Origin: Macrostomum lignano
Taxonomy: Eukaryota
Length of the DNA: 64,000 nucleotides
Assembly (NCBI GenBank): GCA_002269645.1
Contig: NIVC01000067.1
Coordinates: 620,001-684,000 of the forward strand
Direction of reading: 5' to 3'
The position numbers and the translations under genes are program-made. Positions 1 to 13,263 of the stretch are shown here, piece by piece. Positions within the stretch are counted from its first letter, which is position 1. Each line of letters starts with the position of its first letter. The notes beneath the pieces were generated by a model. The model searched no databases. It worked only from the letters and a program-made list of their open reading frames with translations, and had not been told where the DNA came from.

Positions 1-96
1 AAATTTAAAACATCAAATTTTACTTTTGTGAATTGTGCTTTGTATGTGCTTTTGAACAAACAACAAAAAATTTATAGGAAAAAATAAAAATTTAAA

Positions 97-1650
97 TTTA
101 TACCTATAAAAATGAAAAATCCATCTATGTATAATTTTGTTTGCTATGAACTCCCAAACTGCTTTACCAAATTATAGCAAATTTTGTATCTGCCCTAAAC
201 TTACTATGTCTTAGGCTGTATAGGAAAGTCCTAGGCAAGATAACAGAAATTTAGTATGACCTTAAAATTTCCTAAATTTAAGTCTTTCATACACTAAATC
301 TTCTAATATACTAAATCCTACCTTAAAGTGCAAAAATTATTAAAAAGTACAAAAAACTAAATTCTTTAAAGTGTTGCTCCAAGTTTACCAATTGTCTTTA
401 AATTTGACATAAACAATCTTCAACTATTTTGACACAATTGTATATAATTTCAAGTCTTAAAGTTAATCCCAAATGGCACTATGCACTTTAAAGTTAGTTT
501 TTTTTAACAATGCAACCACCCCAACCTCTTTGCATCTCTTTTTTCCTTAGGGCCTATCTGGCCAGATGTTTAAAAGGGGTTTACAATTGACTAACTTTTG
601 GCTGCTATAAGTTTGCTCTATATGAAGCAATTGACTTTAAAATTAACACAATTTTTCATTTATTTATTCTATGTCTAAATGTAGAGTCTCAAACTCTGTA
701 ACTCAATTAGGAAGGAAACTGTAAGCATATGAAGTTTGTCTGTTTTTTAGTATTTGTACTGTTTTACTCAGTCTTCTAGAGGAAAGGGTCAGGCAATAGG
801 GCTGAGTATATATAGCAAATATAGTGTTTTGGAATAAAACTTATTTATAGCCTTCTTTGTACTTGTAAAGAGGCTTTTAGCCATGAGAGTTTAGTGAGAG
901 ATACTAACCACTATCTAATTAAAAGTATTCTGTTATACAAACTGGCTTTCTAAGCACTTGAGTTGATGCCATAGGATATGCACTAAATAGTATGGGTTTT
1001 AGATCATCTTGGTACTTTCTAGAAGATAGAGACTTAAGACTTGCATTTTTATTGCGAGGGCCCAATAGAGAATATAGCTTATGGCTATGGGCTAGATAAG
1101 AGAAAACTAAAGGGGATAGAGGAAAAAGTTGATAAAACATGAGATGAGAAAGAACATAAGACAGAATTAAAGGAAGGGGGTAAAGGAAAGAAAGAATGAA
1201 AGGAGAGATGAGAAAGTAGAGAGAAGAAAGAAAAAAGGGGAAAGAGTAGAGAGAAGAGAGTAGAAAGAAGAGATGAAAGATAAGAAAAAAAATAAGAAAA
1301 AAGAAAAAAGAAGAAAAGAGGAAAAATAAGAAAAAGAGAAGAGAGAACAGAACAGAACAGAAAAGTTTCAAAGGATCTAAGGGACAAAGATAGAGGGAGA
1401 GATCAAAGACCTTAGAGTTTGCCAATGCATATTTTAAACAAATATTAGCTATCTATCATTCTGTTGCAACTCCAATCAACAAGATCAATACTTGCCTCAA
1501 ATTTTAATCTAACACTAGTTTACTTCAATTTCTATTTAATTCTATTCTAACTATTATTTTTAATAAGTTTCTTAAATATGGCTTTAGATTATAGAATATA
1601 TGCAAAAATACTTCTGGGTATTGGACTGCTGCAAGTTTAAAATCCTAGTT
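97..1650 (+). mobile_element. Degenerate AT-shifted copy of the Helitron-like non-autonomous repeat at 7258-9570
   Basis: Colinear similarity to 7258-9570: TACCTATAAAAAT, CTCCCAAAC, CTAAACTTACTA, GTCTTAGGCT, AATTGACTAACTTT, GGGTCAGGC.ATAGGGCTGA, ACTGGCTTTC.AAGCA, a GA-rich block, then TGCCTCAAAT and TGCAAAAATA. Only about 4 CpG were found in 1-2340. Confidence 0.8.
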
Positions 1651-3919
1651 TGTATAAAATAAAAACAATGTAAAAACTCAAAATTAGGATTGCCAAATTG
1701 AAAATATGTGCCAAAGTGGCACCAATTGCCTTAATTAAAGTAATTTGTACTATTTGGAATTTGGATTTGGGAAAAATATGGTAAGGGCATAAATTTGGCA
1801 GAAAAACCCTATAAAAGAACTTTATTTGAATTGAATTTCTATAAGTGCTAAGATTGCTTCAAGTATTTGAATTGTAGTTCTACTTGTTTCCTTTGAACAA
1901 CACTCAAATTTGGATATAAAATGGTAAGGCCTATATATATAGTACTTATATATTTGATGTACTCGTATGATTTTGAATACTGAAATTGTATATAAATACT
2001 ATGGGATTTTAGCCTTGGTTCAAGCTCAGGTAATATTAAAATACACGTAATGCAGATATATTATCTAGTTAACCAGGGAAGTACAAGATTTGCAAGCAGG
2101 AGATCTGCTAACAGTTGCTAGCTAAAGTAAAGTAACAAAGTTTAGCAGCCAAGGCTTGATAGCAAGAATTTTGCTAGCCAAACTTGCTGTTTGCCTTTTT
2201 ATCTATTGTGTGTTTGCTTATTAACAAGCGAGTCAGCCACTTTGATTCCTGTGCATAAATATAGCTTGTAGGGCCTACTGCTACTGTCAATGCCAGCTAT
2301 TTAGGCTGAGTCTTCATGATGTGATGTGATGATAGGTTAAAAACTTAAACATCCGCCTTCTGTCTGTGCGAAAATAAAAGGTAGAATCAATGTCAAAGAG
2401 ATTATCTACAAAAGCCCTGTTTTTCTCTGTTACTGTATTACTGTATTTTCATATTGTATGTAATTTTACGACAGTGTATAATTCTACGCGCTTAAATATA
2501 CGTTTTTATAAATAGCTTCATTCTTTCTTAGAAATTACTGCATTTTAAACTTTCGCCAATATTGTTTTAATGCAGCGTTTTTAAAAACCATTCTAAGCAT
2601 AAAATTTGTTATAGACTTTTTCGAAACTCTTCTCGTGGTGCATTCACATATCCTACGGGGATTTATTTAGGAGTTTTATTACTGCTATGATTATTCGGTT
2701 AATGTGGGCTGTTCGGGGTCGGGCTTTGGTACCGGGTTCGGGGTTCGGGAGGGGTACCGGTTTGCCCGCTCAGGTCAGGGTGAAGGGGCTCCGAACGATT
2801 GTTAAAGCTCCGAAAGGTCCTTTAAACGATTGTTAAAGGTCCTTGTCGAAAGGGAAGGAAAAGCGGAATGGTAACAGCTAAACGTGGAAAGGAAGGGCAG
2901 TTGACTGTACGGTCAGGAAGTTCAGAAAGTTGGCGCTAAGAACTCGAAACGAGCTCTTATTGATAGCCCTGAGATCATGCGTCATGTGATCACGTAAGCG
3001 TAATGCGTGATATTGAAGGCCGTGACTTGCCCTTGACCTCCCGTTACCAAGCAACCTGATGAAGTGACCCGTCAGCCGCGCTGTTATTGGACGAGAAATT
3101 GGGGTGAAGGTGCAGCGGAGAAGAATGATTTATGATGGGGGGATTACGCAACAGGCAAGAAAAAGCTTCGAGAGTTTGGGGGTTATAAAACTGTCACACG
3201 AATGAATGATTTCGAAAAAAGGAGGTGGGGTTGGTCAGCGGAGGAGGGTGTGGACGATAAGCATGAGTCATCACGGGGCGCAGAAATCACAGGGAAAGGA
3301 GGGTGCACAAAATTAGTGGGAGCCTAGGACGTGCCTAAATCAGTGCTGTAATACGCTAGCGGCTATATGTGAAATACTACTGAAGTACATAAGTATTGGA
3401 AGAAAAAACCCGATAACTTTGGTGATAGCGAAGAGGATTTCTCAGGATAGGACAAAGAGACCTGTGACAACATTTGGTGACAGTTATAGGATCAATTTCA
3501 GAAGGTAGAACAAACGGCACTAGTATATACATGTATGCACAGCTAATTCAGATTAACTATGCTGGCAACACAGCTGGAAGGTCAGTAGCAAAAACAGCAA
3601 TTATATATACAGGTGTCTTATATTCTTTATGCTATTCTATTTTAAGAACGAAGAAAATTATTTTGATAACTAATTTTGCCAATTGCCAATATACAATAGT
3701 GTTTTTTAATCAGGCAAAAGCAAGTACGTTTTAGCATACAGTATTGCACACTGCAGCTTACATGTTGGTGTACAGTGTATCACTATCTACAGATCTGGCC
3801 AAAGTACAGTTTAATTCAATTACTGTGTATTGTAAATTTATGGATATATTCCATCAACGACTATACAGTGTACATAGAAAATACTCAATGCCCTTACCCT
3901 ATGCTTACCCTTACTTTAC

Positions 3920-4830
3920 CTACCCCGGTATGAAACTTTAGGTTCTTTCAACGTTTTCTCAAATTCTCTAAAGGGCCCGTAGGACTGCTTGGCTGTCGGA
4001 GTGAAAAAAATCCCGACCGCTGAGCTACCTTCGGTGCAGCTCTGCCGCACAGGAGCTGATGGCAAACAGCTCGCTCTAAAAAACACAGGAGTTAAGTCCA
4101 GTGTGCTGGGAGTAGCTCTCCCTTGATGAGGACGCATTGCTCCGTGAAGCCTGAGAGACCATGCCTCATTGAGCTGTCAGTGTAACACTGTACTTCAGAA
4201 TCGCTTTGACTGCCACTGGCCTCAAGTCGACGCTGAATGATGACATTGTACCTCTCTCTGGCTCGGGAGAAGGGTGGCTGGGTGGCTCTGAGAATGTTGC
4301 AAGCGATTTACGATATTCACAGATAGGCGAACGCTTCTTAAAAGCCCACAATTTTATTAATTGATATTAAATATCCAGATGAGGAGCATTGAAGAAGATA
4401 TTCATGGTAGGGAGTTAAAGGGAGTTAAAAGGAGTTAAGGGTGGAGCGCTCATAGTCATGCGGCAAGCTCTGCCCTGGATTCTTCTATATAGAGCGTCGA
4501 GGTAACCCTTGACGTTCAGGCCGCTAGCCCACACGAGGCTGGCGTAACTGATCGAGGATAATGGCAGTGTAAATCCATCACAGCTTCCTAGGGAAGGCCC
4601 CCAGGTGGTGCCTACGGTGCGCCTGATCTGAGCCAGGAGTCAAGACAGCCATGGCTTTTTTGGCTTTAGTTTAGACGTCGAAGTCCAGTTTAACTGCCTG
4701 TGGTCCAGAATGCGGCCCAGACAAACGGGCTGGCTTCTCCATAGAAGTTTGTTGGTAAACATGACCACTGTGGTTTCGACTCTGAGATCGAGTCTAAGGA
4801 TCCGCCAAGGTCAAGGACTACTTAAGTAGA
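3920..4830 (-). pseudogene. Decayed LOA/R1-group LINE fragment (RT C-terminus + RNase H)
   Basis: Minus-strand translation gives TTVVMFTNK, LAQIRRTVGTTWG, SYASLVWAS, CYTDSS, GLNSCVF*SELFAI and FHSDSQAVLRAL. These parallel the intact element at 44302-46296 (LRRAIGPTWG, TYASLIWTS, CFTDGS, VFQAEICAI, YTDSQAAIKAL). Multiple stops and frameshifts. Confidence 0.85.
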
Positions 4831-5379
4831 TATAAGAGCGTATATATACTATCTTAAATGTTGTTTTAATTAATCTTCCTGAGGGCAATATATTATATAT
4901 AATCACATAATGAGGAGGGATCTATTAACTAGAGGCCCATATGGCTATGGTATAATTATATCACCCAGTCATGTGGATTGTGGCACAGAAGAGCAGTAGC
5001 TATTAAATAAATGAAATTAAGTTAAATATGGTGGTGTTCTAGTAAAGTAAGAAATCTCATGTATCTAAGATGCTGAAAATTTTCAGATTAGATCTACAGA
5101 AGTAGGCCTAGGCCCTAGCACATAGTAAGACATTATAAAAGGAAAGATACAACTCTATTTCTAGCTATATATAATAAAATCAAATAAGGATGCATTACAA
5201 GAAGATTAAAATTCTGCACCTGTTCTACACCAGTCGATAATATCTCGCAACGATTATAAAGCTGTTTTCTACTTCTACTTCGGCTATGTAAACCATTACG
5301 AAAATCAGCCACCAACGAATTTCCCACGAAAGTTGAGTCTTGCGTCCTACTTTAGTCGTCCTTGGCCCACTGGTGGTCA

Positions 5380-7183
5380 ACTTTTACCGGCTGCAAGCTA
5401 GCGGCGACGGTGGAATGACACTGGACCGAACGCCACGCGGAGATTAACACAGCTGGATTACATTCTCGTGCAGTTCTGCGAGCGCACCCGCGCGCGTGAC
5501 TACCAGCGGACCATTCCGCTGGCACTGAAAACATACCACAAACGGCCGGTCTGGGAGACTGAACCGGAAGTTCAGACTCAAGGCGCTGCGCGTGGCAGGA
5601 AAGAGAGCTGAAGCTACCCTCGCGGAGGCCTACAGGCAAGGACAGCCGACCGCCGTGAGAGACCTTAAACCATGAGGATGGACAGGCAAAAAGGCAAACA
5701 AAGCGACGTTTGGCGAGCAAGAGGCGGAAACAGCGCAAAAGAATCATAAAAGGGGGAGCAGCAAGCGAACTCCCCAGAAGCTACGAGCAGTCTTGTATTT
5801 TTATTTCGTTTTAAAAAAATTGAGATCCAGACTGTGACACCGGTAGGACGCGACAGAAGGCACCGCACTGTTTGGAGCGCCGTGAACGCACTGACCAGGA
5901 TGAAGTGCAGGACGCCTCTGAACATCACGGGCGACACGGCCGAAGCTGGCCGCGGTAAGCTGCAGGCCTTCTTTACTGGAATCGTCAATGCGCTGCCCTC
6001 TTGACAGCTAAGCGACATCGACATGCTTCTCTCCCCGGAAGTGCCCCTGCCGAAGGAGGAGGATTTCAACGCCGGCCCCATCACAGAAGCCGAAGTGATC
6101 ACACAGGCGAAGAGATCCCCCGAAGGAAAGACGGCTGGCCCAGAAGAGTACAGGCGCTGGTCTGCGTGACGAATCGCGTACTTGTCAGCGCCCCGCCTCC
6201 GGTGGAGTGGACGAGAGCGCTCCTTGTTCGCATTCCGAAGAAGCCCGGAACACCCAAGATCGACAAAGACAGGGGCATCTCGCTGATGTCGTGCGCCGCG
6301 AAACTCTTTAACAAGATCTTGCTGACGAAAGGCTTTCAACTCTGTGGTTCGCGGTGTCTTCGCACCGGTCTTGCGATCGCACCACATACCAGAGGGACTG
6401 GTCACAGCAAACATAACTCTGGACGCTGTGGTGACACCTGACCTACCTGCCCGACCTGTTTAACATGACCCCGGGAGTGCTGCAAGGTGACACACTTGCA
6501 CCCTACCTTTTCGTCTTGGTGCTCGATTGGGTGCTGTGGAGGGACCTGCCAACAGATGAGGCCGACTTCTTGCTGTGCCGACGAACAATCAGCCGCCACC
6601 CGGAGAAGCGGCTGTCGCTCTTGTGTTACGCCGACGACCTTTCGCTGCTCGCCTCTACGTCTGGGGAGCCCAGTGCATGCTATAGAGAGCCTGATGCCAG
6701 CTGCAGTATCGGGACGGGCTAGCGGTGAACATCGATGTGGTGAACATCGAGATGATGACTGTACCTGCGGAGCTGCCTTTCAACATCACCTACCGGAGCT
6801 CTACCTCGCTGCACACGCTTCACGTACCTCGGCAGTCTTGTGCCTAGTGTCCAGGAGGACTTAGCGCGACGCAGGAGCCTGGCTTGGGCGGCCTTCCGCT
6901 CTATCCGGGTCGTCCTGCAGAACGCTGCGCTGCCGAACCGCTTGAGGGTTCGGCTGTTTTAGGCGGTAGTCGAATCCATCCTGACCTACAACACCGAGAC
7001 ATGGACGCCAATAAAAAACGCCTCATTACGTGGATTGCCTGCTGGATGACGCTGGGTGATCGGCCAGGCGCACACTGTTGCCGCCTTTAGAGAGCTCGCA
7101 CTGAGAAAACTGATCTAACACCGCCCTTCGTGAACAGTACTCTGTTCCCCGGCGGTGTGCTTTGTTGTTGTTGTTGTTGTTGT
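5380..7183 (+). mobile_element. Degenerate RTE-like LINE (APE C-terminus + RT) ending in a (GTT)n tail
   Basis: Motifs in shifting frames: TQLDYILV (APE), IPKKPG..RGISLMSCAAKLFNKIL, GVLQGDTLAPYLFVLVLD, YADD, FTYLGS and RLFKAVVESILTYNTETW. (TTG)n at 7162-7183. The 5' end is not defined. Confidence 0.85.
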
Positions 7184-8059
7184 CGTACTGTCAAGAGCAA
7201 TACATGTTTCCCACAGATTTTCTACATCGTCAAGAAGGAAACATTTTAAAGCAATAATCTCTACCTATAAAAATCAAAACTCTGTCTGTCTGTGGACAAA
7301 TTACTTCGCTATGGACTCCCAAACCGCTCAACCAAATTACACCAAACTTTACACCCACCCTAAACTTACTACGGAGAATGTCTTAGGCTACCTTTAAATT
7401 TCCTAGACTCAAGTCTTCCTACCTAAAAGTACAAAAAACTGCTCAAAATGCGCGATTTTTTCACTTAATCCTCCATAGCGCCGCTCCACTTCTACCGATT
7501 CTCTTCAAATTTGACACAGATAATCTTAAACTATTTTGGCACAATCATGTAAACTTTTGAGTCTCAAAGTTAATCCTGAGCGGTGCTGTGCACTTTTAAA
7601 GTTAGGCTGTTTTTTTTCAGCGTAGCAACCACCCCAACCTCCGCCCGCCTGCCTCTCTTTCCCGATACCGATCTGGGCCCAGATGTGTAAAAGGGTTTCA
7701 AAATTGACTAACTTTCAGCTGCCATAAGTTTGCTCCACGTAAAGCGATTGACTTCAAACTTGACACAATTCTTCATTGACTCATTCTCTATCTAAATGTA
7801 AAGTTTCAACTCTGTAACTCAACCGAAAAAGAAACTGTAAGCATGTGATGTTTGTCTGCTTTTTCTGTTGTTTGTGCCACTCACTCACTCATTCCCCCAG
7901 CCCAGACGAAGGGTCAGGCGATAGGGCTGAATGTACATAGCAAATGTACAGTGTTTTGGAATAACTTTTTAATAGCCTTCTCTGCACCCCGCGCGTGGAG
8001 AGGCTACGTTTAGCCTTGACAGTTTAGTGAGAGATTCAAACCACTGTCCTCTGTATGGA

Positions 8060-8284
8060 CAGTCTGCAGCAGCGGCAAACCAAGGCGATGCGAGCAGCGG
8101 GATGGTTTGTACGAGCGTATTTGTAAAAATAGCGAAAAATTAATAAATAACTGATTACGATGCAATCCTACTAAATTAGTTACACCATGAAACTTTTAAC
8201 ATTAAGTTTCGCATAAGGTACTTTAAAATTTAAATATCTCCTAAGAAATGCGTGTGTCCTTGGTTGTTAGACTGCTGCAGACTG
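8060..8284. mobile_element. Candidate MITE nested in the Helitron-like copy
   Basis: Imperfect TIR CAGTCTGCAGCAG..AACCAAGG at 8060 and its reverse complement ending at 8284. The segment is absent from the sister copy. No TSD was found. Confidence 0.4.
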
Positions 8285-8459
8285 TGGTGGTGTTCGTGGA
8301 GCTGGAGATTCCTCTCAGGTAATTGGCCAGAAAGATGACGTGATTAAAGCATGAGAAATGATAACAACTACGTCCCAAAAACTGGCTTTCGAAGCAGGGA
8401 TCGGCAGATTTTTACCTCAAAGGCCAGATAAAGAATCAAGCTCATGGCTGCGGGCCAGA

Positions 8460-9320
<861 letters not shown>

Positions 9321-10345
9321 GAAGTTTCAAAGAATGCAAGGGACATAGGGAGAGGCAGAGGTAGAGGCCAGAGTTTTCCTGACATTCTGCGCAGCACCCC
9401 AGCCAACAATATCAATGTTTGCCTCAAATCCTAATTTTACACGAATGTACTCTATTTCATGTTTAACTCTATCCCAACTAATAAATGTTTTTGTTTGAGT
9501 TTAATCTCAATACATGCAAAAATAGTTCCGGGGATTGGAGTTTCCCGGGTTCAAAATCCGCGGGTTTCAACAGCTTGTAGATTATACGAGCGTATAACAA
9601 CTTGAACTTGTAGCGCTCTTACATACGTGTAGCATATTTAGTAGCTCTTTTTTCAAAAGACAAGTTCAGGCAATCAAATCATCATAAAAAAGCCTAAATG
9701 CACTTGTTCTCAAAAGCCTATCCATTCGGGGTATACCTCGTAAGTGCACAAGTGCTGCTAGTGCTATATTTTTCGATCTCTTTCTTCGTCGACAGGCTGC
9801 AACTTTTTACAGAAAAGAAAGTATGGGTTACTCATGAATGCCACAATTTCTGCCAGGACAATGTAACCCTCCCCAGGCAGATGCTCGGGGGTGGGGGCTC
9901 AATTTTGATGAATTGAATGCTGCAAGAGCAATGCAATTGAGGTTTGGGCACAGATAAAGAACAATAGACTCAGAGCGCAGCTATATGACCAAGGCTTGCC
10001 CAAAGTTTAAGCTCCGAGGGTAGATGGTAGTTAAATATTCTGAATACTTGCTTGCTTTTCGCCTAAGCAAGCAGCTGGAGGCCAACTGGATATGTGTAAT
10101 GATATATTTTTAGAAGGTCTGGCCAACCCCGACTCTCTTTCCACCTACGCCTCTCGTTGGAGGAAAGCCGAAGTATTTTGAGGCGTGTATAAGAAAGAGA
10201 AAATTATAGGCGCAGCGCCGCGCACTCGCTCAGCAGCATAGGTTCACTCGGCGAAATCGGCAAAAGAATTGAGAAACTAAAAGGTACAAGCAGGGCCAGC
10301 CGAAGGATCCAGCACTAGGCTGCAGTTTTCGTGCAGCAGCTCAGG

Positions 10346-11801
10346 ATGGGTAACGAACAGAGCGGTTCTCCGGACGGAACAGCCGACCCGGCCTCGACAG
10401 ACGGAGGGCCCAGCGCGCCGAGCACTCCGCGTCCAATACTACGAAATGCGGCGGGTGGCGGCGGTCATCTGAGCGATGAGAAAAACCGGCGTAACGTCGT
10501 ATTCCGCGACCAGACAGAGGACGCACTGCGGTTTAATCATTCGATTTTGCGTAGCAGTGCCGGCGGTAGCGAAACACACAGCCAGTCTGCAGCAACCGGC
10601 GGTGGCTTGACACGTCTGTCGCAGCAAGTGAACAACCTCAACGGAGGCCTGCAGCGACAGGCTGTAGCGGAATCGCTGCAGGCCAACGGTCAGGCGCGAC
10701 GGCCTGCCCGCACGCAAAAGCCACCGGCACCAGCGCCGCCGTCTGTGGTAGATGGCGGATTAAACAGCGAGAAAGATGCAGCTGCTGAGCCGATGGAAGA
10801 CAGCAGGGTGTCCCGCATGCGAGAATATGTATTCGCGCTGGCAGAAAAGAAGGAGAAGAACAGGGTAGTTGACGTCGACCCAAACGAAGGTAGATTGTAT
10901 GACCCGAGCAAGCAGGAGCTACCAACTGTCACAGAGGAGTTGGAGGAGCGGGACGACACATTGCGTAGAGGTCTGTCGAAAGCGGACTCAACTGAAACAC
11001 TGAAGGAGGAAATAAAGCAGGAGATTCTCCGGGACTTGCTGAGCCACTCGTCAAGCCCATCGCAGCAGCAGCAAGCGATCGCATCAGCAGAGGGGGCCGT
11101 CTACGGAGCCAAAATCGGCGATGCTGAGAAGAAAAAACTCATCGCAGAGATTCGTCAACAACTGCTTGGCCAACATCCGCTTCAGGCACCGACAGACTTC
11201 ACGGAAGGCAGCCTGCTCGAGCCAGACTATTCGGAGGATGAGTCAGCCACACCGGCAGCGGAGCAGCCGCCGCGCCAATTGACGCGATTCTCTTCCGAGT
11301 TGGAAATGAGCTCAGTTGGCGTTGGTAACGGGCACTACCGGAGTCCGCTCCAGCCTAGGCGCTTCAAGGGCCCCGCCCCAGCTCCTCCAAACGCTCGATA
11401 CAGGCGAAGCGGCGGCCCGCCGGTTGTCCGCGAGCCTTATCAGGAGCAGTGGGAGGAGCCGATCTTCGCCTACGACAGGCCACAGACAGAGGAACAGCTG
11501 CAGGAGCAGATGGAGAAGGCCTACGACGATCGCTACCGACAGAAGAGTCGCTCAAAACGGTTCGGCGACAGTTGGAAACGAATGACGGCCAGTCTGAGCA
11601 AGGCGTTCGGCTTCAACAACAACAGCGGCGACAGCGGGGGCACCAGAAAGTCCGGCATCGTCCGCCGTTCGTCTGTCCAAGATAGCACATTCGATCGGCC
11701 CGGTGAGTCCCGCAACCATCAGCAGCAACAGCAGCAGCAAGGCTTCAGAGGCAATCGCACTGGCAGCGTCTACAGCCTGGCGAGTGCGGAGACGCCGCCA
11801 A

Positions 11802-11886
<85 letters not shown>

Positions 11887-12181
11887 TCTGGCCCAGCAGC
11901 TGATGCAGCATCATCACCAGCGGGCACCCCTGCCGACAGACATTTGGCGTGACGTGGCCCAGGCGAGCCACGACCAGATGCTGCACACCCGCAACCCAGT
12001 ATTCAGCTACCAGTCTGCGTCAGCGAACGTCGGCAGCGAGCCAAGCAGGGCACCGCAGTTTGCCGCCGGTAGCCAATCAGAATCGGCCGCATGGCAATCG
12101 AGGTCGCCGATTGCGCGAGTGACAGTCCCGCCGTTGAACGCAAACAAAGTAAATGCAAATGGAGAGAATACTTACCTGTGA
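10346..12181 (+). CDS. Single-exon 611-aa disordered polyQ protein; predicted N-myristoylated scaffold with RVxF/SILK-type motifs and a C-terminal PDZ ligand
   Basis: 1836-nt GC-rich open frame from ATG 10346 (MGNEQS) to TGA. Contains RNVVF, SILR, two PAPAPP motifs, 26 pure CAG codons (11807-11884) and ends ENTYL. No family was recognised. Confidence 0.8.
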
Positions 12182-12659
12182 CAATTCCAATGCACTTTAC
12201 TATTCCCTCTTGACCCTATACGACCCACAGATGTATGGTGGAACTAACAGTTACTTTTGTATTTCGATTTTTTAGTAAGATGCTTAGTCATGAAAAATGG
12301 GCTGAACATTCTGATTTTAGAACAGTTTATTATTGGTATGTTACACCATTAGATCTGGGTTACTGATGAACTGAAACCATCTTTACTTATCATCATTCAT
12401 AGCAACGCTGCATCGATGTTTAATAGTGTAGCATTCTTAAGAATCAGTTAGTGTTCAGGAGGGGCTCAAAACACACAGCCTTACCAAACCTTTTGCGATA
12501 GCCATACGAGTACTTGGAACTTATTGCATATAAAGATCTAAACGACATCTGTAAGCTTTTTGTAAGTTTCAAGTGGGTTGACGCAAAAAAGGATGTTTGC
12601 TGATTTAAATGCATTGGAGTAGAGAGCACCTGTTCAACAAGGCATATAGCTGCAGCAGT

Positions 12660-13263
12660 CGGTGGCGCAACCAGAAATTGGGGGGGGGCGGATTCCGGGG
12701 GGTTGAAGACCCAAGGGGCCGGATTTCGGGGGGTTGAAGACCCAAGGGGGCGGATTCCGGGGGGTTGAAGACCCAAGGGGCGGATTTCGGGGGTTGAAGA
12801 CCCAAGGGGGCGGATTTCGGGGGTTGAAGACCCAAGGGGGCGGATTCCGGGGGGTTGAAGACCCAAGGGGCGGATTCCGGGGGGTTGAAGACCCAAGGGC
12901 CGGATTTCGGGGGTTGAAGACCCAAGGGGGGCGGATTCCGGGGGGTTGAAGACCCAAGGGGCCGGATTTCGGGGGGTTGAAGACCCAAGGGGGCGGATTT
13001 CGGGGGGTTGAAGACCCAAGGGGGGCGGATTTCGGGGGGTTGAAGACCCAAGGGGGCGGATTTCGGGGGGTTGAAGACCCAAGGGGGCGGATTCCGGGGG
13101 GTTGAAGACCCAAGGGGCGGATTTCGGGGGTGAAGACCCAAAGGGGGGCGAAGGGGGCGGGCTTGTATTTTGGCGAAAATGCCCCTTTCATTTCTTCCAG
13201 GTCTCCGCCGAAAGGGGGGCAGCCGCCCCCTCGCCCCTTCCCCCCTCCATGGTTGCGTCCCTG
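12660..13263. mobile_element. hAT-like MITE carrying an internal ~30-bp minisatellite (12676-13140)
   Basis: Termini CGGTGGCGCAACCA and reverse-complement CAGGGACGCAACCA. Flanks GCAGCAGT and AAAGCAGT form a 6/8 match to an 8-bp TSD. Internal unit GGGGGCGGATT(T/C)CGGGGGGTTGAAGACCCAA, about 15 copies. Confidence 0.6.

Noticed and set aside
919-1425. F/L/S-rich minus-strand ORFs
   Set aside because: Translation of a GA-rich low-complexity tract inside the repeat copy; no coding signal.
3050-3120. Hammerhead ribozyme candidates at CTGATGA (also 12364, 53760)
   Set aside because: No stem II plus GAAA geometry or flanking stems could be built.
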